This document shows, in pieces, positions 27,054 through 40,799 of a stretch of DNA of 64,000 nt. Under the pieces are notes generated by a model that saw nothing but the letters and a program-made list of their open reading frames with translations, was not told where the DNA came from and searched no databases. A program made the position numbers and the translations under genes. Each line of letters opens with the position of its first letter. Position 1 is the stretch's first letter. The DNA is from Octopus vulgaris (Eukaryota). The DNA lies in NCBI GenBank assembly GCA_951406725.2, contig OX597843.1, forward strand, positions 7,130,001 through 7,194,000. Direction: 5' to 3'.

Positions 27054-30000
27054 CATACATACATACATACATACATGCACACATACATGCATACATACGT
27101 ACATACACACATACATACATGCACACATACATGCATACATACGTACATACATAAACAAATACACACACAGACATACATACATACATGTATCCATACATAC
27201 GTACATAAATACATATACATGCATACATAAACACACATACATGCATACATACATACATAAACATACATACATACAAACATACATACATACATGCATGCAT
27301 ACATAACATAGACATACATACATACATACATACATACATAATACACATACAGACATAAACATACATGCATACATACATACATAAACAACTACACACTCAC
27401 ATACATACATAAAATACACATACATACATACGTACATACATACACATACATAAACACACACATACATAAACAAATACACACACATATACATAGATATATA
27501 CATACATGCATACATACGTAACACACACATACATATATACACACACACATACATACGTACATACATACACATGCATACATGAACATACATGCACATACAT
27601 ATATATATACATACATGCATTAACATACATGCATATATACATAAACAAATACACACATACATACATAACATACGCATACATACATACACATACATACATG
27701 CATATATACATGCCTGCATACATACATAACATATACATATATACATACACATACATACCTACATACATACATACGTACATACATACATACATACGTACAC
27801 GTGCATACATAAACATATATGCATACATATATAAAGAAATACATACACACAAACAGGCATGCATACGTACATACGTATGTACATACATAAATACATACAT
27901 AAATATATAAACAAATACACACATACATGGATACATACTTACATACATACGTACACATACATATGTACTTACATAGGTACGTACATACATAAATACATAC
28001 ACATACATATGTACATGCATACATACATACATACATGCATATATACATACACACATACATACATACACCCATACATACATACATACATGCATGCATAACG
28101 TACACATACATACATACACATACATACGTAGATACATACGTACATACTTAGGTACATACATACATAAACATATACTTACACACATACATACGTACATACA
28201 TTACGTACACATACATAGATATATACATATACGTACATACATACATACATACATACATAACTTATACATACATACACATTCATGCAAACATACATACGTA
28301 CATACATACACACACATACATACATATATACATACATACGTACATACATACATATATAAACATACATGCATACATAATACATACATACATACATACTTAA
28401 ACAAATACACACACACATACATGCATACATGCATACATACATAACATACACAGACATACATACATGCATACATACACAATATACATATACATACTTACAT
28501 ACACATACATACGTACGTACATACATACGTACATACATACATACACATACATACATACATACACATACATACATACATAAAAACATAAACATACATAAAC
28601 AAATACATAAAAACATATATACATACATACACATATATATGTACTTATATACATAAACATACATGCATACATACGTACATACATAAACAAATACACACAC
28701 ATATATACATACATACTTACATACGTACATACAAATACATACGTACATACATACATACATACATAAACAAATACATACATACATACATATATTTATACAT
28801 GCATATATATACATGCATACATATATACATAAATACACACACATACATACATGCATACATATATACATATATGCATGCATAAATACATACATAAAATACA
28901 CATACATACATACACATACATATGTACATATATACATACATACATACACATACATATGTACATATATACATACATACATACGCATATATATATAAACATA
29001 CATGCATACATACATACATACCATACACATACATACATACACATACGTACATACATATATACGTACATACATACATACATGCATACATTGACATACATAC
29101 AGATACATATGTACATACATACATACACATACATACTTAAACATACATGCATACATACATACCATACACATACATACATACATACACATACATACGTACA
29201 TACATATATACGTGCATACATACATACATACGTACATACATACATACATATATAAACATACATGCATACATACATACATACATACATAACATACACATAC
29301 CTACAGATACATACTTAAACATACATGCATACATACATACATATATACATACATAAACTAGTACATACACACATACATACATACGTAAACAAATTCAGAC
29401 ACATACATACATACATACATACATACATACATACATACATACATACATACATACATACATACACATATATACATAAACATGCATGCATACATACATAAAT
29501 ACATACATAACCAAATACATACACACATACATATATACCTACATACATACATAAACATACATGCATGCATAATACATACATAAACAAATACACACACACA
29601 TACATACATACATTCATACCTACCTACATACATCCATGCATACATAACATACACATACATACATACGTACATACACATACATACATAAACATACTTACAT
29701 ACATACACACATACATTACATACCCATACATACATACATACATACACATACATACGTACATACATACACACGTACATACATACATACGTGCATACATACA
29801 TACGTATATACATACGTACATACATAAACATACATACATACATAACATACACATGCATACATACACATACATACGTACATACATACAGAAACATAATGCA
29901 TACATACATATGTACATACATACATACATAAACAAATACTATACATACATATGTACATACATACATACATACACATACATACATAAGCATACATGCATAC

Positions 30001-30467
30001 ATAAATACATACATAAACAAATACATACACACATACATACATACATATATATATATACATACATACATAAACATACATGCAGGCATACATACATACGTAA
30101 ACAAATACACAGACACATACATACATGCATACATATATACATGCATACATACACATACATACATACATACATACACATACATACATGCATACATACATAC
30201 ATACACATACGTACGTACATACATACATAGGTACATACATAAACAAATGCATACACATACATGCATACATAAACAAATACATACACACGTACATACCTAA
30301 CATACACATACATGCATACATACACATACATACGTACATACATACATACATACCTACATACATACATACATACATACCTACATACATACATACATACGTA
30401 CGTATATACATACATACATACATACATACATACATACATACATACATACATACATACATACATACAT
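27054..30467. repeat. 3.4-kb degenerate (TACA)n satellite-like array
   Basis: Continuous CATA/TACA units with recurring variants (ACATAAACAAATACAC, TACGTAC, TGCATAC); source of the MYVC and HTYI ORFs. Confidence 0.95.
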
Positions 30468-30704
30468 TACTGATGATGGAAAACGGAAGACGGATTGAGT
30501 ACGAATCTTTATTCTGCACGACAATGTCGTTGACTTCGCGAAACACTTGCGTTAGTGTGTGTGTGTGTGTACGTTTATATATGTGTTCATGTCAAAGAGT
30601 GTGTACCCATCCTTCTTTATTTTAGCTTCGTTTGACAGTTTATATTGTCTTTTTTTAATTTATGCTATATATTCACTGTCAACTCTAGCTTGTCCCATCT
30701 GCAG

Positions 30705-30995
30705 GTTACAAGCCCCCAAATCATCGTACCCTCCGTCAGTGTACCCACATACATCGAACGAGAGCAATACGCCAAGGAGAATTCAGAATATCTGGTGGGA
30801 TATCTTTCTTTACAAGAAGCACCTGAAGTGACCCAGCCTGCAACAAAACTAGATGCACAATACCCTACCCCCCAAGGGACAGCTGCAGGATGGGTCGAAA
30901 CGTACTTAATCCATCGTCCGTTTTCCTTCATCAATTATGAACTCAGCAAACGCTGCGGATTTCCTGACGCAGATCCGGTGAAAGTTATATTGTAA
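30705..30995 (+). CDS. Candidate terminal exon (96 aa, VTSPQIIVPSV...DPVKVIL*), unrecognised
   Basis: Unique high-complexity sequence with an in-frame acceptor-like TTGTCCCATCTGCAG|G at 30704. No known domain is recognised, and it overlaps a decayed hammerhead-like fold, so it may be a retroelement relic. Confidence 0.25.
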   Translation, partial: VTSPQIIVPSVSVPTYIEREQYAKENSEYLVGYLSLQEAPEVTQPATKLDAQYPTPQGTAAGWVETYLIHRPFSFINYELSKRCGFPDADPVKVIL

Positions 30996-31092
30996 CTGTG
31001 AATGACATGAGGTAGCCGAAAACGGTGAATGGGCTTTAATCAACGTACTAATAGACATATACCCAAAAGCCAAATAGTTACATATGTATGTA

Positions 31093-31157
<65 letters not shown>

Positions 31158-31179
31158 CAAACATATTAAAAATGTATAG

Positions 31180-31615
31180 AGGCGCAGGAGTGGTTGTGTG
31201 GTAAGTAGCTTCCTTACCAACCACATGGTTCCGAGTTCAGTCCCACTGCGTGGCACCTTGGGCAAGAGTCTTCTACTATAGTCTCGGGCCAACCAAAGCT
31301 ATGTGAGTGGATATGGTAGACGGAAACTGAAAGAAGCCTGTCGTATATATGTATACACACACACACACACACATATATATATATGTATGTGTGTGTATAT
31401 GTTTGTGTGTCTGTGCTTGTCCCCCAACTTCGCTTGACAACCGATGCTAGTGTGTTTGCGTTCTCGTCATATAGCGGTTCGGCAAAAGAGACCGATAGAA
31501 TAAGTACTACGCTTACAAAGAATATATCCTGTGGTCGATTGGCTCGACTAAAGGCGGTGCTGCAGCATAGCCAGCCGCAATCAAATGATTGAAACAAGTA
31601 AAAGAGTAAAAGAGA
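31180..31615 (+). mobile_element. SINE family 1, full length
   Basis: GGCGCAGGAGTGGTTGTGTGG head through the GAAACAAGTAAAAGAG tail. Confidence 0.9.
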
Positions 31616-31776
31616 TATATAAAAATATATAGAGTAATCAATACATTAAACTATACAGATAAAGATATATAAATATATAGATATATACATTAAAAGTATA
31701 TTGAAACAATATATACATATGCAGGTCAACAAAGTCATAAAAAGCAGTACTTTTGAGTCTTCTTTAGAAACATATT

Positions 31777-31866
31777 TATCCTGATGAAGGAGGTGCTGTC
31801 CTATAATGGATGTAAATATCTTTTATATGACAGGACAACCGAAAGCCTGGGAAACGGCCGTAGGAT
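31777..31866 (+). ncRNA. Hammerhead-like motif with extended stem II
   Basis: CTGATGA-A 31781-88; internal TGTCCT...AGGACA pairing; GAAA-CGGCCG-TA with palindrome ACGGCCGT. Stem I ATCC/GGAT needs C3, so the register is imperfect. It lies between degenerate inverted arms 31638-31745 / 31911-32038. Confidence 0.6.
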
Positions 31867-32074
31867 TATTTATAGGATTATCTATACCCATACATTTTTA
31901 AAGGCTCTTAACTCTTTTTATGACTTCGTTTATAATCTGTAAGCCGACCTACGTATGTATTTGATTTTTAAATATATTTTTAATGTGTATATCTATATAT
32001 CTATATACTTTTATCTGTATATTTTGTATAATGTATTGTTTATATATTTTTATATATATATATATATTTTTAAT

Positions 32075-32218
32075 CGCCTTTAGTCGAACAAATCGATCCC
32101 AGGACTTATTCTTTGTAAGCCTAGTACTTATTCTATCGGGGTTTTTTTTTGCCTAACCGCTAAGTTACGGGAACGTAAACTCACCAGCATCGGTTGTTAA
32201 GCGATGTTGGGGGGACAA

Positions 32219-32255
<37 letters not shown>

Positions 32256-32426
32256 AACATATACGACGGGCTTCTTTCAGTTTCCGTCTACCAAATCCAC
32301 TCACAAGGCTTTGGTCGGCCCGAGGCTATGGTAGAATACACTGACCCAAGGTGCCACGCAGTGGGACTGAACCCAGAACCATGTGGTTCATAAGCAAGCT
32401 ACTTACCACACAGCCACTCCTGCGCC
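32075..32426 (-). mobile_element. SINE family 1
   Basis: Reverse complement of the family consensus. Confidence 0.9.
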
Positions 32427-32534
32427 TTTATACGTACATACATACATACAAACATACATACGTACATACATAAACATACATACATACAAACATACATACA
32501 TACATACAAACATACATACACACATACATACATA

Positions 32535-32920
32535 TGGCTGCCCCCTCGTTATCGAGAATGGCCATTGCACTAAGCTTAACTGTTACTGGTGCTGTGATCG
32601 AATGTGACTTTTAAGCCCAGCTAAAGATCTACAATGTCTTGTACAAAATTGGCAACTAAAACCTTTACTGATAATAGCCGGCTGTAGTTGTAACTGGGCT
32701 TCATGTACCTTTGCATGTCGTTTATGTCCTCCTGCCGAATTACACTCTCATCCACATGCCCAACAGATATGATTAGTATGGTGTGCTACACCACCACCAG
32801 TGGCCAGGTTGTCACTCATCTGTCTCATTTTATGACTACGAAGATGACTCATGAGTCCAGCTTTACTGAGGCAGGGTCTTGCACAGACATTGCAAGTCAG
32901 AACCAAAGGAAGACCCTTTC
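32535..32920 (-). mobile_element. RTE-like LINE 3' fragment encoding three C2H2 zinc fingers (one internal stop)
   Basis: 32918-32583 translates KGLPLVLT-CNVC-x12-HLRSH...CWAC-G*-x10-HAKVH...CQFC-x12-HIRSQHQ*. The 3' UTR matches 59830-59876. Flanked by (TACA)n on both sides. Confidence 0.75.
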
Positions 32921-33275
32921 ATACATACATACATACATACATACATACATACATACATACATACACATGCTGAGCATTCAAGCGTAAGTACATACACACA
33001 CGAGAACGTTATGGTGAAAGCTTAACAGTAACTCGACTGCTGTTTCTAGCCTTTCCACAGACATCCCTTCGATGTCTGCGAAGTGTAGACGGTTTCAAAT
33101 GTAGCAGTGGGGTTAGGGACGTCTTGAGAGAGAGAGAAAGAAAGAGGGAAAGAGACAGAAATAAAGAGTGAGAGAGCGTGTAAGTTCCGTTGACTGCATA
33201 AAGTTTTGGTAACATAAGAACGAAATAAAGGATTACACTCACGCGCGTATGCATATGTATGTATATGGATATCTA

Positions 33276-33395
<120 letters not shown>

Positions 33396-33578
33396 GTGTG
33401 TGTGTGTATCTTTGTATATGGATGTATATATCTATTTATGCATGCATGTATGTGTAAGTATGTGTATAAATTATATTATGTTGCTGAGAAGTAATAATGT
33501 ATTGTGCACAGCTGGTTTATCCCTCGTACGGAGGAAGCACCAGCTGGGAATAATGCGGGTGTGTTTGTGTTTGATACA

Positions 33579-33627
<49 letters not shown>

Positions 33628-33667
33628 TTATATATGATACATACATACACACATATATATATATGCC

Positions 33668-33738
<71 letters not shown>

Positions 33739-34050
33739 ATATGTATATATGTATATATATATATATATCTCTATATATAAAATATATATATATTTATATA
33801 TATATATATAGATATATGTATGTATAAGTGTATATGTGTATATAAATACGCGTTTATAACGTACCGTAATAGAATTGTGTATACATACGTAGATACGTTC
33901 GTATATATGTGTGTTTGCATGTTTGTGTGCGTATATACGTGCATATATGTATATGTGTACGTGTGTGTGTCTGTATATATGTACGCACATACTACATGCA
34001 TATATATATGTGTATATCTATACATATATATATATACATATATACATACA

Positions 34051-35246
34051 TTATTTATTTTATTTTATCTAGTTTCAGCTCACGAGCTGTGGCCATGCTG
34101 GGGCACCGCCATTCGGTGGTGCTACATGATTTTACTTCACGAATGCTTTTTAGCAATTGCCATTTGGTGCATGAGAGAGTTTGATGCAGCTGCTCTCATC
34201 TGCACCTCCTGCCGTGAAGTTGGTTCATCTGGGACACCTGACAAGAAAAGGTCCAGCTTTATTTTAAAGACACCTACATCCACCCCATGCAGGTCTCTCA
34301 GGTTCTTCGGGAGGATATTGAAGAGCTGTGAACCTCTGAAGCCCAGGCTATCACAGTATCTTGTCCTACATCTTGATGGCAAATTTGGAGTCCTTGGCAC
34401 TATGCAGTGGCGCCCAGTTCTAGCATTTGTGTAACTCTCGATGCCAAAGTTTAGGACAAGTCTTTCTAGGATCTTCCAGATGTATATTATGGCATATCTT
34501 TCTCGCCTACGCTCTAAGGAATAGAGTCTTAATCTCTTGAGTCTTTCCCAATAGCTTATATACTGCACAGAGGCTATCTTCTTCGTGTAGCTTCGTTGGA
34601 TCGCCTCAAGTCCTGTGATTAACTTGACACTGGATGGTGACCATAGCTGAGAGCAATAGTCAAAGTGGCTTAGGACATGTGTCCTCCAGAGGACCATCAT
34701 GGTTTCCTGGTCTCTTGTTCTAAAAGCTCAAAGAATCCATCCGGTCAGCCGCTTACATTTCATTGCCAATTTAGCAACATGCACATGAAAGGTTGCATCA
34801 TTACACATGTAAATACCCAGGTCTCGTACTGATTGTGCCTCTGGGATTGCAATCCATCCAGGTCCAGTGTATTTATTGGGTATTGCATTTAGTTTTGCAT
34901 GCTGATAGCATAAAGCTTGAAACTTTTCAGCATTGAACTGCATGCTATTCTTTTCAGCCCACTTGTATATTTTGTCCAGCTCACATTGCAGGTGCATAGT
35001 GTCTTCAGGGTTCTGTATTACCTGTGAAACTTTTGTATCATCTGCATAACTTGTGATCGTGGCTCTCTGCGTGGCTGAGGGCATGTCTGAGAGGGCCACT
35101 ATGAACAGTAGTGGTCCCAAAACAGTGCCTTGCGGAACACCGCTCACTATTTGCGTGTTAATGGAAGTGGCCCCATTTGCTACTACCACCTAACTTCTAT
35201 CCTTCAGAAAGTCATGAAGCCATTCTCCCAAATTTCCAACTATGCC
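34051..35246 (-). mobile_element. CR1-clade LINE, 5'-truncated (RT C-terminal half, frameshifted)
   Basis: SGVPQGTVLGPLLF, SYADDTK, RDLGI, HFDYCSQLWSP and LYSLERRRER; 3' stem-loop and (ATAAA)n tail. Confidence 0.95.
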
Positions 35247-35274
35247 ATCACACACATATGCATATGGCGCGTGC

Positions 35275-35445
35275 GTGGCTTTATGAGTGAGAAGCTTGCT
35301 TTCCAACCACATGGTTCCGAGTTCAGTCCTACTGCGTGACACCTTGGGCAAGTGTCTTCTACTATAGTCTCGGGCCGACTAAAACCTTCTGAGTGAATTT
35401 CGTAGATGGTAACTAAAAGAAGCCCGTCGCATACACACAGACACA

Positions 35446-35517
<72 letters not shown>

Positions 35518-35775
35518 TGTATGTATGTATATCTGTGTGGGTGAGTATTTATGTATCTATCGGTGCGTTTGTATTTGCATTTTTCGCCTCCAAACGTTTG
35601 ATAACCGGTGCTGGTTTGTTTACGTCAACACAGTAATTCACTAAAAATGAGATCAGAAGAACCTTTCTTACAAAGTAAAAAAAAAAAATGTCTACTGCGT
35701 TTGATTTGTCCGCCTAAACCGTTCCAGGCATATGCTCCAGCATGGCCTCAGTACAATGACTGGAACGAATAAAAT
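35275..35775 (+). mobile_element. SINE family 1, diverged
   Basis: Head and tail motifs are recognisable; internal (CA)n expansion. Confidence 0.75.
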
Positions 35776-36039
35776 GTATATGTATGCATGTATGTATGTA
35801 TATGAGTGTGTCTTTTATCTTTGACTTCTTTCAGTCATTAATCTGTGGCCATTCTGGGGTACAGCCTTGAAGAATTTTAGACAAATCATATCCACTCAGC
35901 ATACTTATGCTTTAAAATCTGGCACATATTCCATCGCTTCTTTTGCCAAACTGCTAGGTTCTGTGGACGTAAAGACGCCAACACTGTTTATCAAGCTGTG
36001 GTGGTGGTAGACAAAGATTGATACAATGACATATCTCCC

Positions 36040-36085
<46 letters not shown>

Positions 36086-36571
36086 CTCTTTCTCTCTCTC
36101 TCTCTCTCTCTCTCGTTGCTCACAGGTGACCATCGTCCATCTTTCTTTCCCTCACGCGATCAGCTTTGTTTTCCTTCTGAACTGTCCTAAGGACTGGACG
36201 TCTACCATCATTCTTCTGTTTTTTTCTTCTCTTTACATAGAAAACGTTTCTCCAGCGTTCGCTAGCTTGACCTCGTTCTGGTCTATCGATCATCCAGTTT
36301 TGTTTTCGTTCGGTTTCCTTGTATGTCTCCATTGTCCTGTTTTTGTTCCCAGCTTTGACCCGCCATAAAATCCAAAATTTTATTTTGGTAATTCTGGGAG
36401 CAAGTATCTTTGAATGCTAGAAATGAGGCGTAGTTAGACAGTTGATAACTGACGAAGGATCGTTCTTTATGTTACTTGTCCTCCATTTGTTTCGTCGTTT
36501 GCGTATTGAACTTGTTTGCTTTCGTATTTCATGTTGTTTACTGCTTAGTGACGTTGTGTACCCATATATGC

Positions 36572-36639
<68 letters not shown>

Positions 36640-36806
36640 CATATATATATATATTTATACACACATACATGCATATATATATTATATATATACACATATT
36701 TGCATATATTTATGCTATATGTATGTGTATATATATATAAACACATATACACATATGTATGTATTTATATATACATATATACACACATATATGCATATAT
36801 ATATAT

Positions 36807-36871
<65 letters not shown>

Positions 36872-37134
36872 ATAACAATGGAATTACAAAGGATACATCA
36901 CAAACAATTAAAAACTGTTCATGAATCTATCTATGGTCAAGCATGCTATCAAATAAAAAGAGAGTGTTTATAATTATGATGAAGATTGTAAGAATTTTTG
37001 AAACTATTGTAATTAGGATTTCATCATAATTATAAACACTGTCTCTCTTTATATATATATGTGTGTGTCTGTGTGTGTGTGTGTGTGTACATATATGTGT
37101 ATATATGTGAGTGTGTGTTTATAAATTTGATTGT

Positions 37135-37748
37135 TTCTTTCGGTTTCCATCTACCAAATCCATTGACAAGGCTTTGGTCGAACCTAAGTTACAGTAGAAA
37201 GCACTTGCCCTTGGTACCATATGTAGGACCGAACCCAGAACCATGTGACAGGAAACGAAGCTTCTTACCACACAGCAACGGCTTGCGCCTGTGTGAGAAA
37301 GGATTATGAACAATGCAGAACAATAACAATATCAGTGTCTTATTCATATATTCTTTTCTAATCTAGGCACAAGGCCCGAAATTTTGGGGGAGGGAGCTAG
37401 TCGATTAGATCGATCTCAGTACACAACTGGTACTAAATTTATCGACTCGGAAAGGATGAAAGGCAAAATCGACCTCGGCGGAATTTGAACTCAGAACGTA
37501 GCGGCAGACGAAATACCTATTTCTTGACTACCTACAAGGGGCTAAACGCAGAGGGGACAAACAAGGCCAGACAAAGGGATTAAGTCAATTATATTGACCC
37601 CAGTGCGTAACTGGTACTTATTTAATCGACCCCGAAAGGATTAAAGGCAAAGTCGACCTCGGTGGAATTTGAACTCAGAACGTAAAGACAGACAAAATAC
37701 CGCTAAGCATTTCGCCGGCGTGCTAACGATTCTGCCAGCTCGCCGCCT
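37135..37748 (-). mobile_element. SINE family 1 head (37135-37290) and tandem SINE family 2 pieces (37362-37748)
   Basis: Match to the other copies. The family-2 core (GAAAGGAT.AAAGGCAAA.TCGACCTCGG) occurs twice. Confidence 0.8.
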
Positions 37749-38122
37749 TATTTCATTCAAATATTGCATTACCTATCGAACGTACTAGAACTGTTAGTTT
37801 CACCGTTTTGGGGGAACTAATTAAGTAATTACGCAAATCCAGTATTGATATGTGTTTTATGCACATAACACTCAAATACACACATGCATATACATACATA
37901 TATACATAGATACATTAAAAAAGATACAAATATGTATCTACGTGCATACACGCAAATGCTATATTCGTGTGTGCGTGAATGTGAGAGACAAGATATGGCG
38001 AGTTACGGAGGACGTTTTGACGAGGGTGTGTTGTGATTCTGAGCTGATATGGTGAATGTCAGATGGAGATGTGATTCGCGTATGTGTGTGGATGCCATAT
38101 GTGCATGTATTTAACATATACG

Positions 38123-38166
<44 letters not shown>

Positions 38167-38167
38167 C

Positions 38168-38244
<77 letters not shown>

Positions 38245-38396
38245 CATACATATATACATACTTGTGTGTGTGTAAATACAATAAAACAGATGAGGCCGTG
38301 AAAACAGTAGAGAATGAAAAACAGACATGGAGACACAGAAAGACGAGATAAATAGTTATACATACATGTGTGTGTGTGTTTGTGTATATGCATGTA

Positions 38397-38444
<48 letters not shown>

Positions 38445-38559
38445 GAAGGATAGATAGAGACGGTTATAATCAGTGACAGAGAGAAAGAGAGAGAGAGAGA
38501 TCGAGTTTTACGTGTGGCGGTGTAAAGTCAAAACTCAGCACCACTCACAACCACACATG

Positions 38560-39330
38560 TAACTATTAGAAAGAAAAACAACCAACTGGCGCCAGTTGCT
38601 CGTTAAGGAACCTCGCCCTACACCGCCCCGTCATCGGCCCTCAACCCCCTAACGAACCCCTCCTCTCTATAGAGCCCTCTCTCTCTCTCTCACTGTCGTT
38701 TTTCTTCACTCGCAACTTTCAGACTTAAGTGAAAACGCTGATGTTTATTTCGCGTTTGGTGCGGGTGGAAGGGAAAGCAGGCGGTGGGGGTGGTGGTGGT
38801 TGGGGTTGGAGCGGGGGTAGGTGGGAGCCCTTGACGATTCCCTGCTCCTTAGTACTTTTCTCGCTGACGAGGGATGGGGGCGAAGGGTAGAGGGAGTCTT
38901 TAGAGTAAGGGGTTGGGGGGAATGGCTGATGACGGGGTGAGGGGTGCGCCATGAGCGTTTCGAACACACACCGGATTACCGGAGTCGGTCCCTGCAATAC
39001 GGTTCGTCATAAACGTCGTTGCTGTTGATGTTGTTGCTGTGGTTCTCTTGACGTTTTTGTGGTGGCGGCGGCGGACCTTCGGAGTGAGGTGGAGTGGGGG
39101 TTAGCTGTTGTTGTGTCCTGTCGTCGGAGGTGGCCACGGTGTCGGTTGACAGTCAGGGCGGTGGCGTTGGTTAACGATTGACGTCGTTTATTGTTGCTGC
39201 CGTTGTTGTTGTCGGTAGTTGTACTGACGGTATTCCTGTTGATGGTGGTCACGGTGCTGGTGGTATGTTTGTGTTGGTATTGTTGTTCTTGGTGGTGGTT
39301 GTGGTGGTGATGGCGACTGCGGTGGTAGTG
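38560..39330. other. Unique GC/CpG-rich island (possible promoter or exon region)
   Basis: Markedly GC- and CpG-rich against the flanks and not matching the window's repeats. Contains acceptor-like TTTTTCTTCACTCGCAACTTTCAG ending at 38722 and G-runs at 38786-38950. Confidence 0.35.
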
Positions 39331-39384
39331 TGTGTGTGTGTTTGTGTATTTACATGAAGATACACACATACATTATATACTCTC

Positions 39385-39507
39385 TTTACTCTTTTGTTTC
39401 ATTCATTCTATCGGCTTCTTTTGCCGAACTGCAAAGCTACGGGGACGTAAACACACCAGCATCGGTTGTCAAGCGATGTGGGGACAAATACAGACACACA
39501 AACATAT

Positions 39508-39554
<47 letters not shown>

Positions 39555-39717
39555 TGCAACGGGCTTCTTTCAGTTTCCGTCTACCAAATCCACTCACAAG
39601 GCATTGGTCGGCCCGAGGCTATAGTAGAAGATACTTGCCCAAGGTGCCACGCAGTGGGACTGAACCCAGAACCATGTGGTTCATAAGCAAGCTACTTACC
39701 ACACAGCCACTCCTGCG

Positions 39718-39719
<2 letters not shown>
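39385..39719 (-). mobile_element. SINE family 1
   Basis: Family match, with an internal deletion near the tail. Confidence 0.85.
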
Positions 39720-39761
<42 letters not shown>

Positions 39762-39906
39762 TTATTTTTCGGCCTACACGATGTCCAGCAATCACCCTCT
39801 TCACCAAGCCAGCTTGATGGGGGTGGCTAGTTTAGTCGACCTGACCATGCAACAGGTTGTCATCATCATCATGCATATATATTGATATATCATCATGCAT
39901 ATATAT

Positions 39907-40051
<145 letters not shown>

Positions 40052-40304
40052 CACACACGTGTGTGTGTGTGTGCGCACTCGTTCGAGTGCTTAAAGAAAG
40101 AGGTGACTGGAAGTATGTGGGAAGCGAAGTTCTGCCGAAATCTCAGCCGCTACAGGTCGTTACCACGTGACCACCGGACCCAGGAGGAGAGGGTGGGGTC
40201 GTTAAGTTTTCCTTCACGGCCACCCATCTGCCTCTCCGACACCGTCTCCCAACCTTACCCCCTGTCGCTACTCACACAGTCGCAAAGTCGAGAATTCACA
40301 CGCA

Positions 40305-40371
<67 letters not shown>

Positions 40372-40799
40372 AGAGAAACACACACACAAACACACGCACA
40401 CATACACACATAATCACACGCGCATGCACATACATATAGACACACACACACGCATACACACTATTACACATACGTACGCACTCACATACACGCAAATACA
40501 CACATATACACCCACATTCATATATCTTTTATGTTTTACTTGCTTTAGTCATTGGATTACGGCCATGCTGGGGCACCGCCTTGAAAAAGTTTTCGTCGAG
40601 CAAATCGACACAAGCACTTTATATATTTTTTAAAACCTGACACTTATTTTATCGGTCTAATTTTGCCGAACTGCTAGCCGTGTGAACGTAAACACACCAA
40701 CACTGATTCTCAAGTGGTCACGGAGGACTGACAGACAGACTCACACACACACATGGTTGTGTGGTAAGAAGCTTGCTTTCCAACTACAGCGTAGCAGCT

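Noticed and set aside
31180-31260. tRNA-like sequences with A and B boxes
   Set aside because: These are SINE heads with no complete cloverleaf, followed by the SINE body.
38725-39369. Two minus-strand ORFs in the same frame separated by one TGA (readthrough or selenocysteine idea)
   Set aside because: The upstream part is low-complexity and starts in a microsatellite, and no SECIS or homology evidence is visible.
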